A stretch of 63,715 bases of DNA from Gammaproteobacteria bacterium (GTDB taxonomy: Bacteria; Pseudomonadota; Gammaproteobacteria; Eutrophobiales; Eutrophobiaceae): contig JAJRTU010000321.1 of the NCBI GenBank assembly GCA_024278135.1, positions 1 to 63,715 on the forward strand, in the 5' to 3' direction. The notes under the pieces were generated by a model. The model did no database searches. It saw only the letters and a program-made list of their open reading frames with translations, and was not told where the DNA came from. This document shows, piece by piece, positions 9,957 to 20,190 of the stretch. How positions within the stretch are numbered: position 1 is the stretch's first letter; every line of letters starts with the position of its first letter. The position numbers and the translations under genes are program-made.

Positions 9957-10813
9957 TCATCCCTTGTTGCAACAATATTTTTTCTCAACCAGCTGACCAG
10001 ATCGCGCCAGATATGTGCTACTTCAGACGGTGTTGGCATGATACCGGCGTAGGGTAATTCTATAGTCACCACCGGTATTTTCATCTGAACCCCCGCGTAA
10101 TTCCCCAGTGATCCAGGATAGGTTCCAAGCAGGTTCAAGTACAGGCGTCCCAACTTGTAGGGGCCGTTTTTGGGCCCATCGTAATCAACAATGCCGTGGG
10201 GGGCATGTACCGCCACAATCACGTCCGGCGCAAATTGATTGAATTCTTCCACCAGCCATTGCGTTTCCGATTCGCTCAGGGCTGCATGGCCTGGAAAGCG
10301 CCGCGGATTACGGTGAGTCACATTTTCCCAGTAATTGCGGGTGGCGTTATACCAGTCCGGCATGGGGAAATTGCGGTTCAGATCAACATTGTTGGCATTC
10401 ATGCGTTGCGATTTCCTGCGCAACAGCCCGTCAGGGTTCAGCAAGGGTAAAATCCTCCAGTGGAACAGGCCGGAGTGGTATTTGTCCAGGATTTTCATCC
10501 ATTTGAAAACAATACTGACGGAGGAATATTCGTCGCCATGGATGCCGCCTATCAGCAGGACCCGGCCCAGCGGACGACGCTCGGCAACAGGCGGATAGTC
10601 TTTAAAAAGGATCGGACTGCCGGTGGACGAATAGCCCCTGGTTTGTTGTAAATCACTGCCGAGGCAGTCGTTGAGACTGATGCTGGCCAGTTTATTGGCG
10701 ATGCGCTCACATTCGTCTTTGACCACTACATTGTAGTCATCTGTTTCTGCCGGAGCGGAGTTGCCGAAGCCCAGCAACAGCAGGCCTAAAAAATATCGCG
10801 GGATTCTTATCAT
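9935..10813 (-). CDS. mpaA: M14 zinc peptidase, murein peptide amidase A-like, with signal peptide
   Basis: GGIHGDE, LNPDG, RMNANNVDLNRNFP, SESET, VHAP, YPGSLG, TIELP. Confidence 0.8.
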   Translation of the reverse strand: MIRIPRYFLGLLLLGFGNSAPAETDDYNVVVKDECERIANKLASISLNDCLGSDLQQTRGYSSTGSPILFKDYPPVAERRPLGRVLLIGGIHGDEYSSVSIVFKWMKILDKYHSGLFHWRILPLLNPDGLLRRKSQRMNANNVDLNRNFPMPDWYNATRNYWENVTHRNPRRFPGHAALSESETQWLVEEFNQFAPDVIVAVHAPHGIVDYDGPKNGPYKLGRLYLNLLGTYPGSLGNYAGVQMKIPVVTIELPYAGIMPTPSEVAHIWRDLVSWLRKNIVATRDDQDTDPS

Positions 10814-10815
10814 TA

Positions 10816-11802
10816 TTATTTGAGTGAATAAGCCAGGGCGATGCCAATAAAAATGCTCGCACCAAACCAGTTGTTATTTAAAAAAGCCTGGAAACATTTG
10901 TCCGGGGATCTGTCTTTTATAAGGTATTGCTGGTAGATGGAAAATCCTGCCGCCACCACCAGGAAGGTATAGTAAGGCCAAAGCAAAGTCAGTTGATTGC
11001 CGATGATGAGCAGTACAATCAAGGTCATGACCTGCAAGATGCCGATGATCGTTCGATCCGCGTCATCAAACAATATGGCTGTGGATTTTATACCAATCTG
11101 AAGATCATGTTCACGATCAACCATGGCGTAAATTGTATCAAACACGACGGTCCATAGCAGGTTGGCAATAAAGAGCAACCAGGCAATTCTGGGTACAGTG
11201 CCGGTTTGGGCGGCGAAGGCCATAGGGATGCCCCAGCTGAAGGCGATGCCAAGGAAGAACTGAGGCAGATAGGTATGTCGTTTCAGATAAGGGTAGATGA
11301 CAGCCAGGGGGATGGCGACAAACGATAACAGGATGGTCAGGCGGTTGGTGCTCAATACCAGCAAAAAGGCTATAAGCAACAGTGTTATGGCCACCATCAA
11401 CGCTTCCTTGCCACTGACCTGACCGGTCGCCAGAGGACGTAAGCGGGTTCGTTCCACATGGCCGTCAAAATGGCGGTCGGCGTAATCGTTCATCACACAA
11501 CCTGCCGAGCGGGCCAGGAAGGGGCCAAGCACAAATACAATTAACAGATGCAGGGAAGGCAGACCTTCTGAGGCGATCCACAATGCCCACAGTGCCGGCC
11601 ACAACAATAATAATGCGCCAATGGGTCTGCTCAGACGTGTAAGCTGGATGTACTGCCACAATCTGTCTTTGATGCCGGGCCAATGGGCGATTCGCCAGTC
11701 GTCGATACGCTGATACGTTTTCTTTGACTCATGCAGCAAAGTACGACGGCAGGCCCGAAGAAGTTGTTTAAAACGATGTAGATAGCTGTGGAAATCGTCC
11801 AT
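10816..11802 (-). CDS. ubiA: 4-hydroxybenzoate octaprenyltransferase
   Basis: RLSRPIGALLLLWP, RSAGCVMNDYADR..DGHVERT..RP, DTIYAMVDREHD, AFLNNNWFG. Confidence 0.95.
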   Translation of the reverse strand: MDDFHSYLHRFKQLLRACRRTLLHESKKTYQRIDDWRIAHWPGIKDRLWQYIQLTRLSRPIGALLLLWPALWALWIASEGLPSLHLLIVFVLGPFLARSAGCVMNDYADRHFDGHVERTRLRPLATGQVSGKEALMVAITLLLIAFLLVLSTNRLTILLSFVAIPLAVIYPYLKRHTYLPQFFLGIAFSWGIPMAFAAQTGTVPRIAWLLFIANLLWTVVFDTIYAMVDREHDLQIGIKSTAILFDDADRTIIGILQVMTLIVLLIIGNQLTLLWPYYTFLVVAAGFSIYQQYLIKDRSPDKCFQAFLNNNWFGASIFIGIALAYSLK

Positions 11803-12005
11803 TTATCAGAAGTCAGTCGTGAATACTGTCCCTGGCGCATATGGACATGATCGGGATGAAAAAAGATGCGCCACAAAGTACGCAGACGGCCGCAGCGGCG
11901 CAGGAGACCGAAGTTGGGGGCACAGAGTATAAGAAAGGGCAGCTCTGTACACTTTACGGCTATTTTCAATTATTTTCGGGTTCATTTGTAATTCGGAGCC
12001 ATTAT

Positions 12006-14096
12006 TCAGACCTGAGCAAACAGCAGCCAGTCAGCCATCCAGCGCTTTATCAGGGATTGTACATGTCCCGGGTGGGCATTGAGCAGAAGATCTGCCGTTT
12101 TTCTTATCTGCGGGATTAAATGCGCATCTCGTGCCAAATCAGCAATGCGCAAAGCCGGCAGGCCGGTTTGACGCGTCCCCAGCAGATCACCCGGGCCGCG
12201 TAAGTCCATATCCTTTTGGGCAATTTCAAAGCCATCATTGCTACGGCGTAAAGTTTCCAGCCTGGTTTGTGCCGGGTTCGACAGGGGCGATTGATACATC
12301 AATACGCAATCGCTCTGGTGTTTCCCCCGGCCTACTCGTCCCCGCAGTTGATGCAACTGCGAAAGACCCAGGCGTTCGCTGTTTTCAATGACCATGAGGC
12401 TGGCGTTGGCGACATCCACACCCACCTCAATAACGGTTGTTGCGACCAGCAGATCGATCTTGCCACCTTTAAAATCCGTCATTATCCGGGCCTTGTCAGT
12501 ACTTTTCATGCGACCATGGATGAGCCCGACGCTCAGATCCGGCAGCATATTTGCCAGCTGTTCACAGGTATCAGATGCCGCCTGGCATTGCAGGGAGTCG
12601 GACTCTTCAATCAGGGTACATACCCAGTAGACCTGTCGACCCTGACGACAGGCAACGGCGATCCGATCGATGACTTCCTGTCGTTTTTGATTGGATATGG
12701 CGATGGTTTTTATCGCCTGACGGCCCGGCGGCAATTCATCTATTACCGAGATATCCAGATCTGCGAATAGTGTCATGGCCAGTGTTCGCGGGATTGGCGT
12801 TGCCGTCATAATTAACTGGTGTGGATGTATTTCTCCGGCTTTTTCCAGTAAAGCCAAACGTTGATGTACGCCAAAACGATGTTGTTCATCAATGATCACC
12901 AGTCCCAGTCTGGAAAACCTTACCGTTTCCTGAAACAGGGCATGGGTCCCCACCACAAACTGCGGTACTGTTGTGGCAATATTTGCCAATACCGACTCGC
13001 GTTCGACTCGACCCATTTTGCCTGTCAGCAGTTTTACCGGAATCTCCAGCGGTCCCAGCCATTGGCGAAGGTTTAGATAATGTTGTTCCGCCAGCAGTTC
13101 GGTGGGAGCCATAAAAGCCACCTGGTAACCCGCAGCGATGGCCTGCAGTGCGGCAATGGTGGCAACGACAGTCTTGCCGGAACCGACATCGCCCTGAATC
13201 AAACGCAACATCGGTACGCCTTTATTCATATCTTCCTGTAAATCTTTTATAACAGTTGACTGAGCTCGGGTTAAGTCGAAAGGAAGTTGTTGTTTAAATT
13301 TGCAGATCAGTTTTCCACTGTCCTGCAAAGGTGGGGCCGGATATTTGTGTACCCTTTCCCGCAGGCAGCGCAGGCTTAAATGTTGTGCCAGTAATTCCTC
13401 AAACGCCAGGCGTTGCTGACAGGGGTGATGACCCAGCAAAAGTGCATCAATTTCCGCGTCTGGCGGAGGACGGTGTACATAGCTCAGCGCATCAACGAGG
13501 CCTGGTAAGTTCGCCTCAGTCAACAGTGTTTCCGGGACCAGTTCCGGTAATTCGCTGCTGTCCCGCCTGAAAACGTCCATGGCCTGTTCCGTGAGTTTGC
13601 GAAACTTGTTTTGGCTCAAGCCTTCGGTGGCCGGATAAACGGGTGTCAGTGTTTGTTCCAACTGTCCCTGATCGTAATTGTCGATTAGCTGGTATTCAGG
13701 GTGAATCATCTCCAGCTTGTTGCCGACTCGTCGTACCTGTCCCCAGCATTGAATATGCATTCCTTGAGCAAGTTTATTCTGTTGACTGCGGCTGAAGTAA
13801 AAAAACCGCAGCATCAGGGCACCGCTGCCATCGCTGATCCGGCACAGGAGTGAACGTCGTTTGCCAAATTGCAGCTGCGTCAATTCGATCTGTCCCTGTA
13901 TCAGCGCTTCCTGCCCCATCTGCAGGCTGCCGATGGCGTGTAGTCGAGTACGGTCTATATAACGGCGGGGCAGGTGGAACAGCAGGTCCTGCACTGTATG
14001 AATCCCGAGGTGTTGTAAGCGGGCCGCTATACGAGTACCCACTCCGGACAGTGTCGTCACCGGGGAATTCAGACGTGGCGGGGCGATGTGTCCCAC
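12006..14096 (-). CDS. recG: ATP-dependent DNA helicase RecG
   Basis: QGDVGSGKT, DEQHRFGV, MTATPIPRT, LHQLRGRVGRG, RGPG; likely GTG start at 14096. Confidence 0.96.
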   Translation of the reverse strand: MGHIAPPRLNSPVTTLSGVGTRIAARLQHLGIHTVQDLLFHLPRRYIDRTRLHAIGSLQMGQEALIQGQIELTQLQFGKRRSLLCRISDGSGALMLRFFYFSRSQQNKLAQGMHIQCWGQVRRVGNKLEMIHPEYQLIDNYDQGQLEQTLTPVYPATEGLSQNKFRKLTEQAMDVFRRDSSELPELVPETLLTEANLPGLVDALSYVHRPPPDAEIDALLLGHHPCQQRLAFEELLAQHLSLRCLRERVHKYPAPPLQDSGKLICKFKQQLPFDLTRAQSTVIKDLQEDMNKGVPMLRLIQGDVGSGKTVVATIAALQAIAAGYQVAFMAPTELLAEQHYLNLRQWLGPLEIPVKLLTGKMGRVERESVLANIATTVPQFVVGTHALFQETVRFSRLGLVIIDEQHRFGVHQRLALLEKAGEIHPHQLIMTATPIPRTLAMTLFADLDISVIDELPPGRQAIKTIAISNQKRQEVIDRIAVACRQGRQVYWVCTLIEESDSLQCQAASDTCEQLANMLPDLSVGLIHGRMKSTDKARIMTDFKGGKIDLLVATTVIEVGVDVANASLMVIENSERLGLSQLHQLRGRVGRGKHQSDCVLMYQSPLSNPAQTRLETLRRSNDGFEIAQKDMDLRGPGDLLGTRQTGLPALRIADLARDAHLIPQIRKTADLLLNAHPGHVQSLIKRWMADWLLFAQV

Positions 14097-14115
14097 GGCC
14101 TGTATATGAAAAAGT

Positions 14116-14502
14116 CTAGTCTTCCAGATGCATGACGGCGTCCATCTCCACCTGTGCACCTTTGGGCAGCTGCGCCACACCTATCGCTGCACGGGCAGGA
14201 TAGGGTTGCTGGAAAAACTCAGCCATGATTTCATTGATCAGGGGGAAGTGTTGCAGATCCGTAAGGTATATGTTCAGTTTCACAATATCAGCAAGGTCGC
14301 CACCAGCGGCTTTCGCTACGGCCTGTAAATTACTGAACACCTGCACTATTTGCTGTCTGATATCTTCACCGGTCAATTCCATTGTTTCCGGAAGCAGTGG
14401 GATCTGACCGGACAAATAGACGGTGCTGTCTATTTTAACAGCCTGGGAATAGGTGCCGATAGCGGCAGGCGCATCAGGGGTGGTTATGATTATGCGGGAC
14501 AT
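14116..14502 (-). CDS. ridA: RidA/YjgF enamine deaminase
   Basis: [35 protein letters not shown]. Confidence 0.92.
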   Translation of the reverse strand: MSRIIITTPDAPAAIGTYSQAVKIDSTVYLSGQIPLLPETMELTGEDIRQQIVQVFSNLQAVAKAAGGDLADIVKLNIYLTDLQHFPLINEIMAEFFQQPYPARAAIGVAQLPKGAQVEMDAVMHLED

Positions 14503-14609
14503 ATTTTCTCCTGGATAAGCGTAAACCCATGAGTTTACACGACACAATCAAAAGTAAAATATCAAATATAGCCGTGGCGGACACCTGGATGCCGTTTGTT
14601 ACGGGTATA

Positions 14610-16742
14610 TTATCTTCGACTGATACGAGAGACGTGCTTGATACCGCGTATTCTGCGCATCACTCCGGCCAGATGAACCCTGTCACGTACTTCGATAACA
14701 AATTTTATACTGGTATAGCGATCATCACGCTCTTTCATGGTCACATGGACAATATTCGCATCCTGATCAGAGATAGCAGTGGCGATGGTGGCTAATACAC
14801 CACGCTGGTTGGTCAGATCGATACGAATGTTGGTCGTAAACTCACCTTCAATATTCGACTCCCATTCAACGTTAACCCATTTGTCCGGTTGATTCCGGAA
14901 CTCTGTGACATTCGGGCAAGACTGGTGGTGAACTACAATTCCACGTCCGGCGGTAACAAAACCGAGTATGGGATCGCCTGGGATGGGCAGGCAACATTTT
15001 GGAAAGTTAATGACCATGCCTTCTGAACCCTTGATGGTGAGCGGAATAGCATGTTTAGCATTGGACTTCTTGCCAACATTCTTGCTGGCGGCAAGACCAA
15101 TAAGTTCCCGGGCGACAATCGGTGCCATACGGTTGCCAAGACCCACTTCTATCAGTAATTCATCCTGATGTTTCAACTGGTAATCTTTGAGTACCTTTGC
15201 CATTTGTTTGCTGTCGATCTCATCAAGACTGCCGGCATGAATTTCAAGCTGTCTGTTGAGTAATCGCTTGCCCAACGCGAGTGCTTCACCAATTTGCAGG
15301 TTTTTCAGGTAATGACGAATATTTGAGCGAGCTTTGGCCGTGACGGCAAAATTCAACCAGGCCGGATTCGGTCTGGCGCCGGGTGCGGTAATGATTTCCA
15401 CGGTCTGCCCGGTTGTGAGTGGTGTACCCAGCGGGGTCAGCCGTCGGTCAACGCGTGCTCCCACACAAGTGTTACCGACATCAGTGTGGATGGCATAGGC
15501 GAAATCCACTGTGGTCGCGCTGCGAGGCAGTTCGATAATTTTGCCTTTCGGCGTAAATAAATAGACTGACTCCGGAAACAGATCGACCTTGACGTGTTCG
15601 AGAAACTCTTCCGGGTTTCCCGCCACGGTTTGCATCTCCATGATGTTGCGTAACCATTCACGTGCGAGTTTGTGTGTTCCGCTGCGGCTGCGACTGCGAC
15701 TGTGTGTCCCTCCTTCTTTATAAAGCCAGTGTGCAGCGATACCCGCCTCTGCCACATCATTCATTTCGCGGGTTCTGATCTGTACTTCTATATGTACGCC
15801 GAAGGGGCCGAACAACACTGTATGCAGCGACTGATAACCATTGGATTTTGGAATGGCGATATAATCCTTGAATTTTCCCGGCACCGGTTTGTATAGATTA
15901 TGGACGATGCCCAGGGCACGATAACAGGCATCCGCACTGTCGACGATGATGCGAAAGGCATAGACATCGTATACTTCGGTAAAGGACAGGGCCTTGCGGT
16001 GCATTTTCTGGTAGATCCCGTACAGGTGTTTTTCGCGCCCGGCGATTTGCACAGGCATTTTTTCCTGACGCATGCGCCGCTTCAAAGAGTTGCGGATCTT
16101 GGTGATCACTTCCTTGCGATGCCCGCGGGCTTTAATCACCTGTTCCGTCAGGATGCGGTGGCGCATGGGATACAGAGTGGCAAAACCCAGTTCTTCCAGT
16201 TCAAGACGAATGTTATTGATGCCGAGGCGTTGTGCAATGGGGGCGTATATTTCCAGTGTTTCGCGGGCGATGCGCCGTCGTTTTTCGGGGGGCAGGGCAC
16301 CGAGCGTGCGCATATTGTGTAATCTGTCGGCCAACTTGACGAGGATGACGCGAATGTCATTACTCATCGCCATCAGCATTTTACGGAAATTATGGGCTTG
16401 TGCCTCCGCAAAAGTACTGAATTTAATCTGTGTCAGCTTACTCACACCATCCACCAGATCCGCCACACCCTTGCCGAATTTTCTCTGAATTTCCGTTTTC
16501 AGCGTCGGTGTATCTTCTATGACGTCATGCAGGATTGCGGCTGCCAGCGTCTGATAATCCATGTGCATGTCGGCGAGTACACGCGCGACTTCAAGCGGGT
16601 GGTGAATATAGGGTTCTCCGCTTTTACGATGCTGCCCTGCATGCGCTTTGGCGCTGAATTCGTAGGCGCGCGTCACTTTCTCCACCTCGTCCGGTGACAA
16701 ATAGGAACCCGCAAGTTTCCGTAACTCGAAGATAGAGGTCAT
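14610..16742 (-). CDS. spoT: Bifunctional (p)ppGpp synthetase/hydrolase
   Basis: Intact HD motif LHDVIEDT, KLADRLHNMRT, KDYIAIPKSNGYQSLHT, TGS and ACT domains. Confidence 0.96.
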   Translation of the reverse strand: MTSIFELRKLAGSYLSPDEVEKVTRAYEFSAKAHAGQHRKSGEPYIHHPLEVARVLADMHMDYQTLAAAILHDVIEDTPTLKTEIQRKFGKGVADLVDGVSKLTQIKFSTFAEAQAHNFRKMLMAMSNDIRVILVKLADRLHNMRTLGALPPEKRRRIARETLEIYAPIAQRLGINNIRLELEELGFATLYPMRHRILTEQVIKARGHRKEVITKIRNSLKRRMRQEKMPVQIAGREKHLYGIYQKMHRKALSFTEVYDVYAFRIIVDSADACYRALGIVHNLYKPVPGKFKDYIAIPKSNGYQSLHTVLFGPFGVHIEVQIRTREMNDVAEAGIAAHWLYKEGGTHSRSRSRSGTHKLAREWLRNIMEMQTVAGNPEEFLEHVKVDLFPESVYLFTPKGKIIELPRSATTVDFAYAIHTDVGNTCVGARVDRRLTPLGTPLTTGQTVEIITAPGARPNPAWLNFAVTAKARSNIRHYLKNLQIGEALALGKRLLNRQLEIHAGSLDEIDSKQMAKVLKDYQLKHQDELLIEVGLGNRMAPIVARELIGLAASKNVGKKSNAKHAIPLTIKGSEGMVINFPKCCLPIPGDPILGFVTAGRGIVVHHQSCPNVTEFRNQPDKWVNVEWESNIEGEFTTNIRIDLTNQRGVLATIATAISDQDANIVHVTMKERDDRYTSIKFVIEVRDRVHLAGVMRRIRGIKHVSRISRR

Positions 16743-16870
16743 AGGGCAATTGTAACTCAGACAGTGCTACACTGCTGTAGAGTCTATATAGAACCGGAAT
16801 ACAGGCCGGCCGGTATTATTCCGCCGGGACCTCGCCGAAACCACCTGAAAGAAGTATTGCTCCGGCGAAA

Positions 16871-17134
16871 TTATTCGGGTATGGGGAACTCGATGTGGCC
16901 AGACTCGGCGAATTCATCTTCGACAGCGGGTTTGCCGATGGTATCGACATTGTCTTTGGTGATTAATTCCTCTGCAATCTCGCGTAATGCAACAACGGTG
17001 GGCTTGTCATTATCTTCATCAACCAGCGCTTCGGCACCCATGGACAAATCTCTTGCCCGCTTGCTGGCGAGCATGACCAGATCATAGCGATTCAGAACGT
17101 TATCAAGACAATCTTCAACTGTTAATCTGGCCAT
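16871..17134 (-). CDS. rpoZ: RNA polymerase omega subunit
   Basis: MARLTVEDC...NRYDLV..ASKRAR...[11 protein letters not shown]. Confidence 0.97.
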   Translation of the reverse strand: MARLTVEDCLDNVLNRYDLVMLASKRARDLSMGAEALVDEDNDKPTVVALREIAEELITKDNVDTIGKPAVEDEFAESGHIEFPIPE

Positions 17135-17211
17135 TCCTTACTTCTCCAAAGTGATTCAGGTTTAATTCCGGCGCCACCGCACCGTAAAAGACCGCATAGT
17201 GTACTGAACTA

Positions 17212-17844
17212 TCAGGAATCTACCAACAATTCTCTTACAAATTGATCAAAATAAGGCTTTTGTTGCCGATAGTTGAGGTGACTCGCACTGATTATCGTTT
17301 TCAATTCCTGCAGGGCGGTTTCAAAATGGTCATTTATGACCAGATAGTCGTATTCACTATAGTGGGATATATCTGCTTTGGCCTCCCGCATACGACGTGC
17401 TATAGCTTCGTCGCCATCGCCCCTGTCGACCAGGCGTGACTTCAGTGTTTTGTAGGAAGGCGGAAGGATGAAAATACTGATGACATTGGTTCCCAGTTCA
17501 CGTACCTGGCGGGCGCCCTGCCATTCAATTTCCAGAATAATGTCTCTGCCTGTCGCCAGCTGTTCTTCCACCAGCTGTCGTGACGTGCCATAGCTGTTGT
17601 CAAATACTCGCGCATGTTCCAGAAATTGACGCCGGGACACCATTTTTTCAAATTCAGATTCATCGACAAAGTGATAGTCGATGTTATCTTTTTCGTTAGC
17701 GCGTTTTTTTCTGGTAGTGTGGGAGATGGACACGTAGAGATTGGCCAAAGATTCCAGCAAGGCCTGAACCAATGTCGTTTTACCGGCCCCGGAGGGTGCG
17801 GAGATGATGAACAAGGTGCCCGTTTTACTGTTATCCCGAGTCAT
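17212..17844 (-). CDS. gmk: Guanylate kinase
   Basis: SAPSGAGKT, SHTTR, YGTS, IFILPPS. Confidence 0.96.
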   Translation of the reverse strand: MTRDNSKTGTLFIISAPSGAGKTTLVQALLESLANLYVSISHTTRKKRANEKDNIDYHFVDESEFEKMVSRRQFLEHARVFDNSYGTSRQLVEEQLATGRDIILEIEWQGARQVRELGTNVISIFILPPSYKTLKSRLVDRGDGDEAIARRMREAKADISHYSEYDYLVINDHFETALQELKTIISASHLNYRQQKPYFDQFVRELLVDS

Positions 17845-17865
17845 TTAATTGTATACGCCTGATTC

Positions 17866-18726
17866 TTATTCAATATTCTGAATTTGTTCGCGCATCTGTT
17901 CAATGAGCACTTTCAGCTCTACCGAGACGTTGCTCATATCGACGTTGGCGGCTTTTGAACCCAGGGTATTGGCTTCGCGATTCATTTCCTGCATAAGAAA
18001 ATCCAGCCGTCGGCCAACCGGGCTGTTTTCGTTCAATACGCGTTTTACTTCCCCGATATGGGCGTCCAGGCGGTCCAGTTCCTCTGCCACATCCATTTTT
18101 TGCGCCAATATCAGCATTTCCTGTTCCAGGCGCTCCTGATCCAGCTCTATCTGCAATTCGTTTGCTCTTTTAATGTAGCGCTCGCGAATCTTTTCCATAA
18201 TCACGGGCAGACGCTCACGAATGTGATGAACTTGCTGCTCTGCCGCTTCGCACCTGTCTGTCAACATAGTTTTCAGTTTTTCGCCTTCACGATGTCGTGT
18301 CTCCAGCAGCAATTCCAGGCTCTTGTCCAGTGCCGCCAGCAGTGCCTTGCCCAGACTTTCCATATCCAGTGATTCTCGCTCAATGACACCTGGCCAGCGC
18401 AGGATATCCACAGGATCTATCGGTGCCGGGTTCCTGATGGGCAGGGATTCGGCGGCCAGGATTAACTTTTCGGCGAGCAGCGCGTTGACAGGTACCGTGC
18501 CCGTTGTCGTGTCATCGTTATCAAAGCGCAGGACGCAATCCACCTTGCCACGTTTTATTTGAGCTGAAATATGTTCTCTGACAGCATTTTCCAGCATGCG
18601 TAAATCTTCCGGCAGACGGATGAACATATCCAGATAACGGTGGTTTACCGTCCTGATTTCCCAGGTGGCCCGTCCCCAGGACCCCGACTCTTCCAATCTG
18701 CCAAAGGCGGTCATACTTGCTGTCAT
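17866..18726 (-). CDS. yicC: YicC/YloC family endoribonuclease
   Basis: SMTAFG, VNHRYLD, GRRLDFLMQEMNREANTLGSK, EQMREQIQNIE. Confidence 0.95.
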   Translation of the reverse strand: MTASMTAFGRLEESGSWGRATWEIRTVNHRYLDMFIRLPEDLRMLENAVREHISAQIKRGKVDCVLRFDNDDTTTGTVPVNALLAEKLILAAESLPIRNPAPIDPVDILRWPGVIERESLDMESLGKALLAALDKSLELLLETRHREGEKLKTMLTDRCEAAEQQVHHIRERLPVIMEKIRERYIKRANELQIELDQERLEQEMLILAQKMDVAEELDRLDAHIGEVKRVLNENSPVGRRLDFLMQEMNREANTLGSKAANVDMSNVSVELKVLIEQMREQIQNIE

Positions 18727-18835
18727 TAAAGTATCCTTTATCTGATGATATCTGAATGAATCGGGCATACTAACTGCTCGTAAGCGTTCATGAAATAGCG
18801 GAAGATGTATAATCACCCGTTTTTGGAGAAATTTT

Positions 18836-19552
18836 ATGCGCCCAAGCGGTAGAGCACAGGATGAGTTACGCCAGGTAAAACTAAGTCGTCACTACACATG
18901 TCATGCGGAGGGTTCTGTGCTGGTTGAATTTGGCCGAACCAAAGTGTTGTGCAATGCCAGCTTTGAGGAAAGGGCCCCGTCTTTTTTGAAGGGCTCGGGG
19001 AAAGGCTGGGTGACAGCGGAATACGGCATGTTACCGCGTTCAACCGGGCAGCGAATGCGACGTGAAGCGAGTCAGCGTCGCCAGGGAGGCAGGACCATGG
19101 AGATTCAAAGACTCATTGGGCGTTCCTTGCGGGCGATCATCGATACCCAGAAACTGGGCGAAAACACCATCCTCATTGATTGTGATGTAATACAGGCGGA
19201 CGGCGGTACGCGTACCGCCTCAATCACCGGTGCTTATGTCGCCCTGGTGGACGCCATTCATTATGCCCTGGCGGAAGGCATGATTAAAAGCGATCCGATT
19301 ATTGCCCAGGTCGCGTCAGTATCAGTGGGTATTTTTGCGGGCACAGCGGTGCTGGATCTGGATTACATCGAGGATTCTCAGGCGCAAACCGACATGAATG
19401 TTGTGATGAACAATAACGGGGATTTTATTGAAATCCAGGGTACTGCTGAAGGCCATCCTTTTAACGCGGATGAGCTGCAGAATATGCTGGCACTGGCCGG
19501 CAGCGGTATCACGCAACTATTTGAATTTCAGCGACAGGTATTGGCTGAGTAA
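18836..19552 (+). CDS. rph: Ribonuclease PH
   Basis: [44 protein letters not shown]. Confidence 0.97.
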   Translation: MRPSGRAQDELRQVKLSRHYTCHAEGSVLVEFGRTKVLCNASFEERAPSFLKGSGKGWVTAEYGMLPRSTGQRMRREASQRRQGGRTMEIQRLIGRSLRAIIDTQKLGENTILIDCDVIQADGGTRTASITGAYVALVDAIHYALAEGMIKSDPIIAQVASVSVGIFAGTAVLDLDYIEDSQAQTDMNVVMNNNGDFIEIQGTAEGHPFNADELQNMLALAGSGITQLFEFQRQVLAE

Positions 19553-19557
19553 ACCCT

Positions 19558-20166
19558 GTGTCGCAGCCGACGCAAATTGTCATTGCCTCGAATAATGAAG
19601 GCAAACTGAGGGAAATGACGGCGCTGCTGTCAGGCCTGGGTATCGCCGTTGCCCCACAATCGAGATGGGGTGTTGATGACGCAGATGAGACGGGTTTGAG
19701 CTTTGTCGAGAACGCCATTATCAAGGCCAGACACGCGGCCGGTTTAACCGGGCTGCCGGCCATTGCCGATGACTCCGGTATCGAGCTTGATATACTCAAT
19801 GGTGCACCGGGTATCTATTCGGCCCGTTATGCAGGCAGCGATGCCAGCGATGAAGACAATCTGAACTTGCTGATTGACAGGGTAAAACGAACAGGAGTGC
19901 AGCGGCCCGGCGCCCGCTTTCAATGTGTCATGGTCTATCTGCGTCATGCCCGGGACCCGACACCGATTATTGCGCAGGGGACATGGGAGGGGCATATCGT
20001 ATCCGAGCCCCGGGGTGACGCCGGTTTCGGCTACGATCCGGTTTTTTATGTCCCGACTCATGCCTGTACTTCAGCTGAACTTCAGGCTGATGTGAAAAAC
20101 ACGATCAGCCACCGTGGCCAGGCGCTGCGCCTGTTGCTGGAAAAATTGTCTGCCATACTTGATTAA
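19558..20166 (+). CDS. rdgB: dITP/XTP pyrophosphatase
   Basis: ASNNEGKLRE, ADDSG, APGIYSARYAG, GFGYDP, ISHRG. Confidence 0.95.
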   Translation: MSQPTQIVIASNNEGKLREMTALLSGLGIAVAPQSRWGVDDADETGLSFVENAIIKARHAAGLTGLPAIADDSGIELDILNGAPGIYSARYAGSDASDEDNLNLLIDRVKRTGVQRPGARFQCVMVYLRHARDPTPIIAQGTWEGHIVSEPRGDAGFGYDPVFYVPTHACTSAELQADVKNTISHRGQALRLLLEKLSAILD

Positions 20167-20190
20167 CATTCTCCCGGACTTTTCTGAATC

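Noticed and set aside
15681..15704. Short hexamer repeat encoding SRSRSRS in SpoT
   Set aside because: It is an in-frame low-complexity linker, degenerate and too short to suggest phase variation.
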